A DNA stretch of 33,485 bases from Octopus bimaculoides (lineage: Eukaryota), in assembly GCF_001194135.2 (NCBI RefSeq), contig NC_068986.1:58763764-58797248 (forward strand), read 5' to 3'. Of this stretch, positions 11,572 to 22,690 are shown in pieces. The notes under the pieces were generated by a model, which searched no databases, was not told the DNA's origin, and was given only the letters and a program-made list of their open reading frames with translations. Positions within the stretch are counted from its first letter, which is position 1. Each line of letters starts with the position of its first letter. Both the position numbers and the translations under genes were made by a program.

Positions 11572-11926
11572 CAGTGGTTCTCAACCACGGTTCGCATGGC
11601 CTCTGGGTCTCCATGTAAGATTTACTGGGGGAAAATCCACGCGAGCAAAATAGTAAATTGAGTACCCATAGGTAGTATTTTAAGGGTTCTTGAAACATTT
11701 TTTCTTTTAGATGTATTTATCATAAGAAAGAGCAAGTTTCAAGGTTTCTCTCTCTAATGCTTTGCATAGTTCACCCTTCACATATTAGCGTGTTAACAGC
11801 AAAATAGGAATTTTAAAAGAAGTAGCTATAAGACTAGTTCTTTTAAACATTGAATGGTTAATGAGGTCGATCAAAGTAAAATAAAAATCAAAGGGGTCCA
11901 AAAGCAAGAATGGTTGAGAACAACTG
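11572..11926. mobile_element. hAT (Charlie-like) MITE, 355 bp
   Basis: 16-bp TIRs with one mismatch: CAGTGGTTCTCAACCA (11572-11587) and TGGTTGAGAACAACTG (11911-11926). A perfect 8-bp TSD CTTTAGTT lies at 11564-11571 and 11927-11934. An 8-bp TSD and CAG termini are hAT hallmarks. Confidence 0.92.
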
Positions 11927-12120
11927 CTTTAGTTTATTGATTACAAGTACATGAAATGTATTTTCAACAACGGCAGGACCTGAGTACTGATCATAAACTG
12001 TCGTAATGAAACACTGAAAAGAATAACGTCCGAAGTGCTACCGATTCTGCCAATCAACTTTGGTCATTTGACAATAATTTCTTCATGGCGACAGAACATC
12101 CATTACTTGGCTGCTGCTTG

Positions 12121-12215
12121 TATTATTGACCTCAGAAGACAGAGGGATAAAGTCGACTTCGGTGGTATTTGAACTCAGAATGTAAATGGCCAAAACTAAA
12201 TACTACTAAACATTC
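12121..12215 (-). mobile_element. SINE S3 degenerate copy
   Basis: AAAGTCGACTTCGGTGGTATTTGAACTCAGAATGTAAA matches the S3 core. Confidence 0.65.
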
Positions 12216-12323
12216 GACTCTCCACCGATGGGAGTTTAACAACTAAGTATATAAAAAGATCTTGTATTTCAGGAAAATTAGAATTCGTTTTCTTTAACAA
12301 AGTATTCTGCATCCCCACCCCCA

Positions 12324-12363
<40 letters not shown>

Positions 12364-13341
12364 NNNNNNNNNNNNNNNNNNNNNNNNNNNNNNNNNNNNN
12401 NNNNNNNNNNNNNNNNNNNNNNNNNNNNNNNNNNNNNNNNNNNNNNNNNNNNNNNNNNNNNNNNNNNNNNNNNNNNNNNNNNNNNNNNNNNNNNNNNNNN
12501 NNNNNNNNNNNNNNNNNNNNNNNNNNNNNNNNNNNNNNNNNNNNNNNNNNNNNNNNNNNNNNNNNNNNNNNNNNNNNNNNNNNNNNNNNNNNNNNNNNNN
12601 NNNNNNNNNNNNNNNNNNNNNNNNNNNNNNNNNNNNNNNNNNNNNNNNNNNNNNNNNNNNNNNNNNNNNNNNNNNNNNNNNNNNNNNNNNNNNNNNNNNN
12701 NNNNNNNNNNNNNNNNNNNNNNNNNNNNNNNNNNNNNNNNNNNNNNNNNNNNNNNNNNNNNNNNNNNNNNNNNNNNNNNNNNNNNNNNNNNNNNNNNNNN
12801 NNNNNNNNNNNNNNNNNNNNNNNNNNNNNNNNNNNNNNNNNNNNNNNNNNNNNNNNNNNNNNNNNNNNNNNNNNNNNNNNNNNNNNNNNNNNNNNNNNNN
12901 NNNNNNNNNNNNNNNNNNNNNNNNNNNNNNNNNNNNNNNNNNNNNNNNNNNNNNNNNNNNNNNNNNNNNNNNNNNNNNNNNNNNNNNNNNNNNNNNNNNN
13001 NNNNNNNNNNNNNNNNNNNNNNNNNNNNNNNNNNNNNNNNNNNNNNNNNNNNNNNNNNNNNNNNNNNNNNNNNNNNNNNNNNNNNNNNNNNNNNNNNNNN
13101 NNNNNNNNNNNNNNNNNNNNNNNNNNNNNNNNNNNNNNNNNNNNNNNNNNNNNNNNNNNNNNNNNNNNNNNNNNNNNNNNNNNNNNNNNNNNNNNNNNNN
13201 NNNNNNNNNNNNNNNNNNNNNNNNNNNNNNNNNNNNNNNNNNNNNNNNNNNNNNNNNNNNNNNNNNNNNNNNNNNNNNNNNNNNNNNNNNNNNNNNNNNN
13301 NNNNNNNNNNNNNNNTATATATATATATATATATATATATG

Positions 13342-13415
13342 CTGTTTCAGTTATACTGTGGCCATGCTGGGGAATTTTGGTTTCTATCGAGTCAAGTCCT
13401 TATTTTGGCGAATCA
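13342..13415 (-). mobile_element. SINE S2 tail end, degenerate
   Basis: CTGTTTCAGTTATACTGTGGCCATGCTGG resembles 7683-7712. Confidence 0.45.
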
Positions 13416-13678
13416 TGTGCACTTACACATATACACATTATACGATGTGTCCGCACAGATTTCGGCTGATTTGCTCAAGATGTCACACAGTGAGATTGCG
13501 TTCGAGACCGTGTAGTTGCAAGGTGAGCCTCGTAAGCTCACGCTAATGCTTGTGCCTTGTATATATATTATAAATGTACTAGTACTTTGAAACTATGGGT
13601 AATTTGTTAAACGTTAAAGTATAATTTCTTGATATTAAGCATAAAGACCAAAGTGAATTAATGTTAGTTTCAAATTTT

Positions 13679-13861
13679 GGGACAAGGCCAGCTGCTTTAG
13701 GGGAGGGGCTATATAAGTTAAATTGATTCCAATTTTCCACTAGTACTTATTTTATCGACCTTCTAAAGGATGAAAAGAAAGGTTGACCACGGCGGAATTT
13801 GAATTCGGAACGTAATGACGTTTCGCTCGGCGTGCTAAGAATTCTGCCAACTCGCCGCCTC
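13679..13861 (-). mobile_element. SINE S3 (tail type A), internally deleted
   Basis: ACAAGGCC..AGGGAGGGG..TAGTACTTATTTTATCGACC..AAAGGATGAAAAG..GGCGGAATTTGAA..CTCGGCGTGCTAAGAATTCTGCCAACTCGCCGCCT. Confidence 0.8.
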
Positions 13862-14319
13862 AAAGTGTATTAATATTATTGCAATGATATATTCACTTGA
13901 AATAGTTTGTCATAAATTCATAAGTTAGCGAATAGCGTAGCGAATAATGAAAAAAATTACCATAGTAAAAAATTATAACAAACTTACTTTGAACAACTTA
14001 CTTGAAAGGAAAGTATTCAATACAATAAATATTAACTATTGTAGAGCCTTCTTCAACTACAGTCATCACTTATCATTTCCGCCTCCTCCCCTTCCTCCTC
14101 TATTTCTTTTTCCTCACCATCTTCCTCCTTTTCTGTTTCCGTGGTTCTTTCTTTTTTCTTACTCTCTGTGTAGCGTTCCTTTACTCATTGCTCGCCACGG
14201 AGCGTAGTATGTGCACTAATCTTTCACCTTTTATACTAATTCTATATCTCTCTTTCTCTCTTTCCCCCCTTACAATGTAGACTGAGCCTGGAAAAATTAA
14301 CCAGTTAACCATTTATGTT

Positions 14320-14425
14320 CTAGCAGAATCGTTGGTGCGTCGGAAAAACTACCTTTGCGGCATTTCTTCCGTTGTAAATTCAAATCAAGCCGAGATCGAC
14401 ATTACCCTTTGAAATAAGTATTAGT
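14320..14425 (+). mobile_element. SINE S3 degenerate copy, plus strand
   Basis: CTAGCAGAATCGTT..GCGGCATTTC..TTCAAAT..GCCGAGATCGAC is the reverse complement of the S3 core. Confidence 0.6.
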
Positions 14426-15012
14426 TTAGCACTATAATGTAATCGGCTAACCCCTTTTCCTTTAAAATGTTGGCATTATACCAAAAATTTAAAACCATTA
14501 TTAAGCACATGTGCACACACATATTACCTCTTTCTACCAAATGCTTGTCAAGTTTAACTTTCTACTTAAACTGTAGTTATGTTTGTATGTGTGTCATGGG
14601 CAGAAGATTGCATATATGTGAGAGTGTGAGTGTGTCATGTATTTGGGTTGATTAAATATGCAAATTTAACTGCTTTACTACCTCCTCCTTAGCATTTTAT
14701 CAATTTCAATGCTCTCCTGTCATCTTTAACTTCCTAAGTAAAATCTCTTTATATGTCTCTTTTACTCTCTCCTTCTCTCTTTATATGTTATTTTAACGAG
14801 ATACATCTTAAAATCACCTGAGGACACACACCTACATCAACGGATACTCCTAAACCAGTTGTTAAGTATCCTACTCGTAAGGGGCCAATGCAAGATAGGT
14901 CAAAACAACTCTAGCAATCAATAAACATTCTCGTATCTTCCATCTTTTGTCTCTCTCATTAATGAAATAGATACACACACACAGACATACACGCACACTC
15001 ACACACGCGATA

Positions 15013-15051
<39 letters not shown>

Positions 15052-15408
15052 NNNNNNNNNNNNNNNNNNNNNNNNNNNNNNNNNNNNNNNNNNNNNNNNN
15101 NNNNNNNNNNNNNNNNNNNNNNNNNNNNNNNNNNNNNNNNNNNNNNNNNNNNNNNNNNNNNNNNNNNNNNNNNNNNNNNNNNNNNNNNNNNNNNNNNNNN
15201 NNNNNNNNNNNNNNNNNNNNNNNNNNNNNNNNNNNNNNNNNNNNNNNNNNNNNNNNNNNNNNNNNNNNNNNNNNNNNNNNNNNNNNNNNNNNNNNNNNNN
15301 NNNNNNNNNNNNNNNNNNNNNNNNNNNNNNNNNNNNNNNNNNNNNNNNNNNNNNNNNNNNNNNNNNNNNNNNNNNNNNNNNNNNNNNNNNNNNNNNNNNN
15401 NNNNNNNT

Positions 15409-15471
15409 GAAGAGAAAGAGTAGCAGAGGGAAAAGGAGGGGAGGAAGTAGAATAAAAGTGAGCAACGAGAG

Positions 15472-15505
<34 letters not shown>

Positions 15506-15860
15506 TAGTAGTAGTAACGGTGAGAGGCGAAGGACGAGTAACAAGAGATAGAGAGAAAGAGAGAGAAGTAGTGACAGGTAGAGGCGAAGAACAGTAGAGG
15601 GAAGAATGAGAGGGGGAGATAGAAATAGAGACAGTCGCGTTAGGAAAATAGTAAAAACTTACTGTATAAAGGTAACGCGTGCGTTCTGTCGTGATACAAA
15701 CAATATATGAGTATATGCATATATATGTACATGTATGTATATACATCGTTTTCGTTTTTATGTTTTCGTTTCTCATTGTGTTTAACGTTTTTTTGATGTC
15801 CTGTACCCATATATGCATGTATGTATACATATAGATGTAGGTATGTGCATATATGTATGG
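15409..15860 (+). repeat. Repeat family D, copy 3, with an inverted 3' segment
   Basis: 15560-15745 is nearly identical to the reverse complement of 10590-10760, but 15745-15850 matches the family in the opposite orientation. Confidence 0.75.
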
Positions 15861-15889
15861 ATATATGCATATATTTATATATCATTTAT

Positions 15890-16055
<166 letters not shown>

Positions 16056-16559
16056 TATTTGAGCGCACATCCATTATATCTACTAGATGATTATAGTGAC
16101 ATAACTATAGTTGTTGTTTAGTTCCGGGTCAGCCTTCTGTGAGTAGACCCATAATCAAACGCATTCCAACTATAACCATCCCGTCTTTTTATTTTCTTGT
16201 ATGCAGAGAACAGGGAACCAGATCCTACCGTTTGAAAATCTATCTATTATCATTCGAATTGGTTGAACATCCATCCAGGACACTACGTGTTGTGCAAATG
16301 CTTACCTCATTGTAGATTGTTTCATAGATCACTGTGACTTTCGCGTTCAGATGATGTAATTATATCTTATGTCATCAAACTAATTCGAATTCTCCATTCC
16401 TCCAACATGTAAAGTTCATCACCCGTAATTACAGATCTCGGTCAATAATATTGTCACCCTGACTGCGAATTCAGAATGAGCTCAGTATAAAAGTATACTG
16501 TACAGTTGACCGCAGATTCAGTCCATGAACAATAAAAAATAATATGAATTGAAAGAAAG

Positions 16560-16629
16560 AAAGAAACAAACAAACAAACAAACAAACAAACAAACAAACA
16601 AACAAACAAACAAACAAACAAACAAACAA
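16560..16629. repeat. (CAAA)n microsatellite
   Basis: Directly visible. Confidence 0.98.
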
Positions 16630-17042
16630 AGAGTAAACGCTTGGATGCATATACAGTCTTACGCCTTCATGATAATATGCTTGACTGCTAATTCAGCCAG
16701 AGATTCAATCCAGTTACATTTGACCATTTATTCAGGTCAAGGTTCAGCTGTTTATATTTGACAACAGATTTGGTGGAAGAGGGCATCAACCACACTTGAT
16801 CGCATATTCAGGACAGGTTTCAGTCCATTAACTCTGGCCTATAAATTCAGACCAGTATTACAATTTGCAAGTGACAGGATTTAGAAGTTCATTGACTTGA
16901 ATGAATTCGTTTCGCGTCAGTACAAATGTTAAGGCTGAAACTTGAAGCTAAGTTTCGTCTCGTCTCGTCTCATCTCGGCTCGGCCGACATATTACTTCAG
17001 CAATATTTCAAAACAATTTCATTTGTCTAAACAAACGACGTG

Positions 17043-17090
17043 TCATCTACTTTGCCGCGCGGTCTGCTAGAAATACCAGCCAAATCTCCA
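17043..17090 (-). repeat. Short dispersed repeat family E, about 50-70 bp (consensus GAGATTTGGCTGCTATTTCTAGCAG..GACCACGTAGAGGC); other copies at 18453-18500 (+), 18605-18676 (+) and 22479-22530 (-)
   Basis: Four recognisable copies in the window, for example CTGCTAGAAATACCAGCCAAATCTC here and CTGCTAGAAATAGCAGCCTAATCTC at about 22502. Confidence 0.65.
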
Positions 17091-18937
17091 TCAAAGTTCA
17101 TTCTACAAAAAACTCATTAGATGATAATAGTCCGAGATACACTGTCTGAGAAAGAAGACGGGATGCTTGCGGTTAGAACGTCTTTGATCGGGAGTGATAT
17201 GGAGCTAAACACAACGGTAATACTATACGTCTCATCGTTTTTCTTCATTATCACAGCAATCAGTACACATGGAAATATTTGCATGTCTAGAGTAGGTTTA
17301 AAAAGTTACAGTGCTAATACATTGGAATATACTTCTACATACTGGTGTACATATAGACAAAGATTCTCTCTCTTTCTGCGCATGTGCGTGTTTGCATGCG
17401 AGTGTGTTTGCATGTCTCTGTATGTGTGCGCGCGCGGACGTGCCTTGAAATAAATGACAACAGAAGAAAACATAAACTGCTGATAAATGCTTAAGCGGGA
17501 AAGAAATGTAAGAAGTTGACGTTTCGGATGTTAGTCGTTTTCTTGAAAAGGACAGAGAGAGAGAAGAGGGATCAAAAAGTGGGTGGGGGCGAAAATAAAT
17601 TACTGAGGTTCGTGTTGATTGGCAAGGGAGCTAAGAAATGAAGTTCCAGGATGATGTGAATCTATGTATCTAAGTTGAGCGCATCTAGGAGTCACTTAGG
17701 GGCGCGCGCGTATGTGCGTGTGTAAAAAAAAGCAACATATTGTGTGAGTGCAAAAGGCCATATTGTGTATAAGTTCCGAGATTAAAAATAACTTCATGTT
17801 CCTTCTGAAGATGACAAGATTGGAAACGAAGAGGTGCGGTTGGTATGGTTCGCTGAAAGCAAATGTTTGAACAGACGACTCGAGTGTCTCTGATTAGTTG
17901 ACTTGATGGTCCAATGATGGACTGATCGATAAATGAAAGAAGAATGGATTGTCTTAGCTTAAGGAAGGAGAGGTTGCGCTGCTTTTGTACTGGCAGTGTT
18001 TTTTTTTTACTTTAACCTAACCGATTGTCATTATAGTTGTCCCCACCGCCGCCGCCGTTACATTACTCTCGTCGTCATCGCTGTTATCGTCGCTGCCAAC
18101 GCCGCAGCTACCGCCATCTATGAACGAGTAGACCAATAATTAAAGACATTCTTCTGGTGACTATCTTGTCTGTTTTTTCAGCCTGTTTATCTCAGTTTTA
18201 TTTATCAGTTCTGTTTATCTCGGAACTACGTTATCCTGCGAAGAAGATTTTGCTGCTATTTATAGGAGGTCGTGCGACTGCATAGATTATGCCTTTTCTA
18301 TATCGTTGATGTTATTTATCTTCAGGTCGACTCATTTCAAACAGTCTTTTGCTCAAAGGCTTTATAGTTATGCCCATCCTTTTCTTTTCTTGATTGCCTT
18401 ATCTAGTATGTGCATTCATCTTTTAGACAGTAGCATATGCATTGGTGGGGGGGGGGCGATTTGACTGCTATTTCTTCTACGGCCCTGACCACGTAAAGGC
18501 AAAGGCTTCTGTAGAAGCTAAATCATTGAACTTGATTATGATATTTTCTTATATGCAGGTGACTTAGGTAGCATTATCTAACATGTTCTTTGTTTTTTTC
18601 TTTTTAAAGACGATAGGGTGTGATATGAGTGAGATTTGACTGGCATATCTAAAAGGTCCAACGACCACGTAGATGCGTATGAAAGTGAGAAAACACTATT
18701 AAAAGGCTTTACAGCCAGCTACCATTGAAGTTATTTTGTTTACTCCGCCCAGTGTTCGGCATCCCTTTGTTCATTAGAATACGCTGACATCTCCAATACG
18801 AACATTCGCAAAAACTTATTACAACTTGTCAACCTGCTAATGATTCATTACGTCTTCCATTTCTCACTGTTTTGGGGTCACAGGAGGGTATCGAGCAGAA
18901 TAGGTCAGGAACATAGCTGTCTTTAGAGAAGCTAAAA

Positions 18938-19013
<76 letters not shown>

Positions 19014-19032
19014 AAGAAGAAGAAGAAGAAGA
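18938..19032. repeat. (TAG)n-(AAG)n compound microsatellite
   Basis: Directly visible. Confidence 0.98.
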
Positions 19033-19274
19033 ACTGTGTTGTGTTCAAAATAGAACCTTCCTTCCACTCCATCTCTTCCTTTTCCTTCTGTTCCTATAAT
19101 TCAGTTGTTTTCGGTTTGTGTTCATTTTTTTTTTATGGAGGAGAAGGGTGGATCTCCACTCAACAGTAGTTTCAGAGCTATGACCTGCTTGGACTTCATG
19201 GTTGTGAGTCTCATTACCGAGTGTCAGATCGCAATGATAAAAGGGGGACTTGACGAAAACAAAAAGACAAAAAG

Positions 19275-19335
<61 letters not shown>

Positions 19336-19357
19336 CGTGTGTGTGNNNNNNNNNNGC

Positions 19358-19402
<45 letters not shown>

Positions 19403-19704
19403 CAACATAAGATTGTTGGGTAGGTGCGGAGGTGAATGTTCATAAAAGCTTCAGGTGAAACGAAGGACTCCATGTCGTTTTAATGCAGGAGCATATTAAA
19501 ACTATTGTGAATATACATGGACAGACGTTTGTGTGTAGGTATGTTTTCTACCTAAAGCATATATGTACACACTCGCATACATGCCCATACATATGTGTAT
19601 GGGCGTGTGTATGCACGTTGTTGTATGTATGTATGTATGTATGTATGCATGCATGCATGTAAGTATGTATGTATATATATGGCTGGATGAATGGATTCTC
19701 TTTC

Positions 19705-19830
19705 ACTAGACTTCAGTCAACTATGCTAGCAACTAGGGCGCCGGCTGAAAGTGTTTTAATCGATCATAACGACCCCAGAATTTATTTTATTGGGATCTGT
19801 TTGTCAAATCGCTAGATTATGAGACAATCG
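19705..19830 (-). mobile_element. SINE S2 tail, degenerate
   Basis: TTTTAATCGATCATAACGACCCCAGAATTTATT..AATCGCTAGATTATG corresponds to the reverse complement of 1530-1590. Confidence 0.55.
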
Positions 19831-20564
19831 AAACAGCACATATATATACATATACACACACACAATGTGTGTGTGTGTGTGCGCGCATGTTTGTGCGTGT
19901 GCGTACCTGCGTCCGTGCGCATGTATGTGTGTGAATTATTGTCAATCTGAGACACGAGTCACTTAAGTGCTTCATTCCCCTAATCATGGTGACATATCAC
20001 ACCGACCGCAACTACAACTACAAGAGTCTTTGTACCGTACAATTGAACGACCCTTCTCCGATAGCTTGTTATTATGTTGATAATTAGGCCCATTTCAAGA
20101 GAATGAAGCAAATAAAGAAACCTTTACATGTTTATTGAATAAGAGAAATGAAAAGATATTTTAAAAGATATATTTTAGTATGTCAGATTTATAGCATTCA
20201 AGAGTTTAATAATTCACTCTTACCTTGAATTAGAGGTTTCATATGCTGTATAGCGACACTATTCTTAACATCCCCTCCCCTTTTTTTTACCTAGGTAGAG
20301 TGGTTTGCTACTGCTGTTACTGTGTCATCGTTGATGCTATTGTATTAAAAAGTATGTTATCGTGAGAAAGACGGCGCCTGGTCAATCTTTTATAGGAAGC
20401 ATCAAGAAGATTTTCTAAGGAAGATAGTAGTTTTTAACCTTAGACATTCGTCCAACTACCTTTCAATAGATTTGAAAAGAATTAAAAGAATATATTTTCC
20501 AGGAATATGGTATTGGTGAATTCTGCAAGTAGCTAGTTTTGAGTGACATGACTGATCCAGTTTT

Positions 20565-20667
20565 GGGTGACACCATTTGAGTGACATCACTTGCGTGACA
20601 CCACTTAGGTAACACCACTTGGATGACACCACTTGGGTGACACCACTTGGTGACACCACTTGGGTGA
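20565..20667. repeat. 14-bp minisatellite (GGGTGACACCACTT) x7 plus a partial unit
   Basis: Units start at 20565, 20579, 20593, 20607, 20621, 20635 and 20649 (13 bp), with a partial unit at 20662. There are no unique spacers, so it is not CRISPR. Confidence 0.95.
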
Positions 20668-20741
20668 ATAGATAAATTAAGGCGTTCAGTAATCCAAAGA
20701 TAAAGTAGCATAAACAACAGATTTAAAATTACGAGACGTAA

Positions 20742-20904
20742 GCGCTGGTATAGCTATGTGGTTAAGAATTTCACTTCGTAACCATGTAGTTCTGACTTCG
20801 ATCTCGCTACACAGTACATTGGGCCAGTGTCTTCTAATACAACCTCCAGTGTAACAATGCTTTGTGAGTGGAGTTATGGAGACAAACTTTGTGGAAACCC
20901 GTTG
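20742..20904 (+). mobile_element. SINE S2 head, degenerate
   Basis: GCTATGTGGTTAAG..AACCATGTAGTT..GTGTCTTCTAATA..CAATGCTTTGTGAGTGGA aligns to 1184-1340. Confidence 0.65.
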
Positions 20905-21536
20905 TTTATATATATTGTATGTTTACATCAGTGTTTATGTATACTGGTCTAAATCTGTGTTTCGATTTATTTCCCATTACGTACAAACGGTAAAATGTAT
21001 GCATTCAGCCGTTTTCGATCCTAAGCTGGTTTTAAGCCTACCTGTGCACGCTAGCGAAATAAGTCCAGGATTGATAAAAGTGACTAAAACCATTAAAGGC
21101 GGTGTCCTTATCTAGCCGTAGTCCAATAACAAAAGCTAGTAAAAATATAAAGGAATACTCAAAACACTCTTTGAAGTATAAATTCAAAAGAACTTGAGGC
21201 AAAAGAAAATTAACCCGAAGCAAAATCAAATGTTTATTTTAAAGAAAATAAAGACATCCAACCGCATTCCTGATGACTTTATCTAACGACCAATAAATTC
21301 CAGTTTAATTTTGACTGACGACACATCTTGAACTAGTGTCAAAGCATCTTTCATGGGATTATGGGAATCATCAGTTTTGGAAATACGAAACGTAGCTTCT
21401 GCTGTAAATGCATTTGCTTTAATGAAACCATTCTTTTATCACGATGACTTGTTATAGTTTCTTGGGACTTGAATGTAACTTGAAATATTCTTCAATGTTA
21501 TTTGTGGGCATTCATTTAGCCACACAATATATAACA

Positions 21537-21592
21537 CTCATCAGATATGTTCACGCGCTCATCAGATATGTTCACTCATCAGATATGTTCAC
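21537..21592. repeat. Triplicated 17-18-bp unit (C)TCATCAGATATGTTCAC
   Basis: Copies at 21537-21554, 21558-21575 and 21576-21592. Confidence 0.95.
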
Positions 21593-22522
21593 AAATTTTC
21601 TAAATTTTGTCATTGACATCACCGCGATGCAAAAATTATGCTTTGCCATTGCATACTCAGTTGTAAGCTGTTGTCTTCTAAACACCTTAACACAATGTGC
21701 TGCAACAATATATTCCCAATCTTGTCTTTCAGCAGCAGATAGCACATGAATACTAGGTGCAATTGAAGACTTATCGTATAGTCCATGCTTGCTTCCCAGT
21801 TAATCGTCTTGTGAAATACCAACACTTATAGCTCAGTCAGGCAAGCTATCGTCGTTTTGAGACACTTTTGTCACTTATAAATAAACGCAGCAATGTAGTC
21901 CTAAACGATGAAATGAATTCATACTTAAAACAAATTAGTATTAGTTCCAAAGATTCAAAACCATACAGAGATATCTACTATGTTTTTATCTAAATTTACT
22001 CCGAAATTACTTTTATTAACTTGAGGCTATTTTAATTTATTTGGAGGATAATCTTAATTTCCTTCGAGTTTACTTTAATCTCCTTCCAGTATATTTTAGT
22101 ACGCTTCGAATATATGTTAATTTATTTCGAGTGTATTTGAATTTGTACTTGTAAAAATGTAGAACTTCTATATTCTATCTAATTATCTATTACACTTCTT
22201 TTCGGTCTAACTCCAATTAATTCTATCAACAGCATGCTAAATAGACTCATACTGTGAGCTAACCGGGAATCTCCACATAGTTGTGTGACTTGGTCTAAGT
22301 ACTTGTGAAACAGCTCTCGAATCATCGTCAGCGATGGATGGTGGCTAATTTACTCATACAGATGACTAAATATGTAAGATGGTCATGACTGAAATATATT
22401 TCATAATAGTTCTTCTCGATGAGCAGCAGCAACAACAATAACAACAACAATTCAATAACTCTACGACCAGCAAAGAAAGAGCCTCTACGTTGTCATGCCT
22501 TCTGCTAGAAATAGCAGCCTAA

Positions 22523-22583
<61 letters not shown>

Positions 22584-22600
22584 ATCTCTCTTTATCTCTC

Positions 22601-22689
<89 letters not shown>
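22523..22689. repeat. (CT)n microsatellite
   Basis: Directly visible; it generates the poly-ER/LS ORFs. Confidence 0.98.

Positions 22690-22690
<1 letters not shown>

Noticed and set aside
16900-16960. CTGACGCGAAAC on the minus strand and a small GAAACTT/AAGTTTC hairpin
   Set aside because: There is no room for stem II, and a 7-bp inverted repeat is expected by chance in AT-rich DNA.
18035-18125. CpG-rich patch as a promoter or coding exon
   Set aside because: It is under 100 bp and made of degenerate trinucleotide repeats, with no supporting ORF or splice context.
20565-20667. CRISPR-like appearance of the palindromic 14-bp repeats
   Set aside because: The units are head-to-tail with no spacers, there are no cas genes, and the context is eukaryotic.
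21537-21592. Three CTGATGAG words on the minus strand (hammerhead core)
   Set aside because: There is no downstream GAAA or stem II; they are a by-product of a local triplication.
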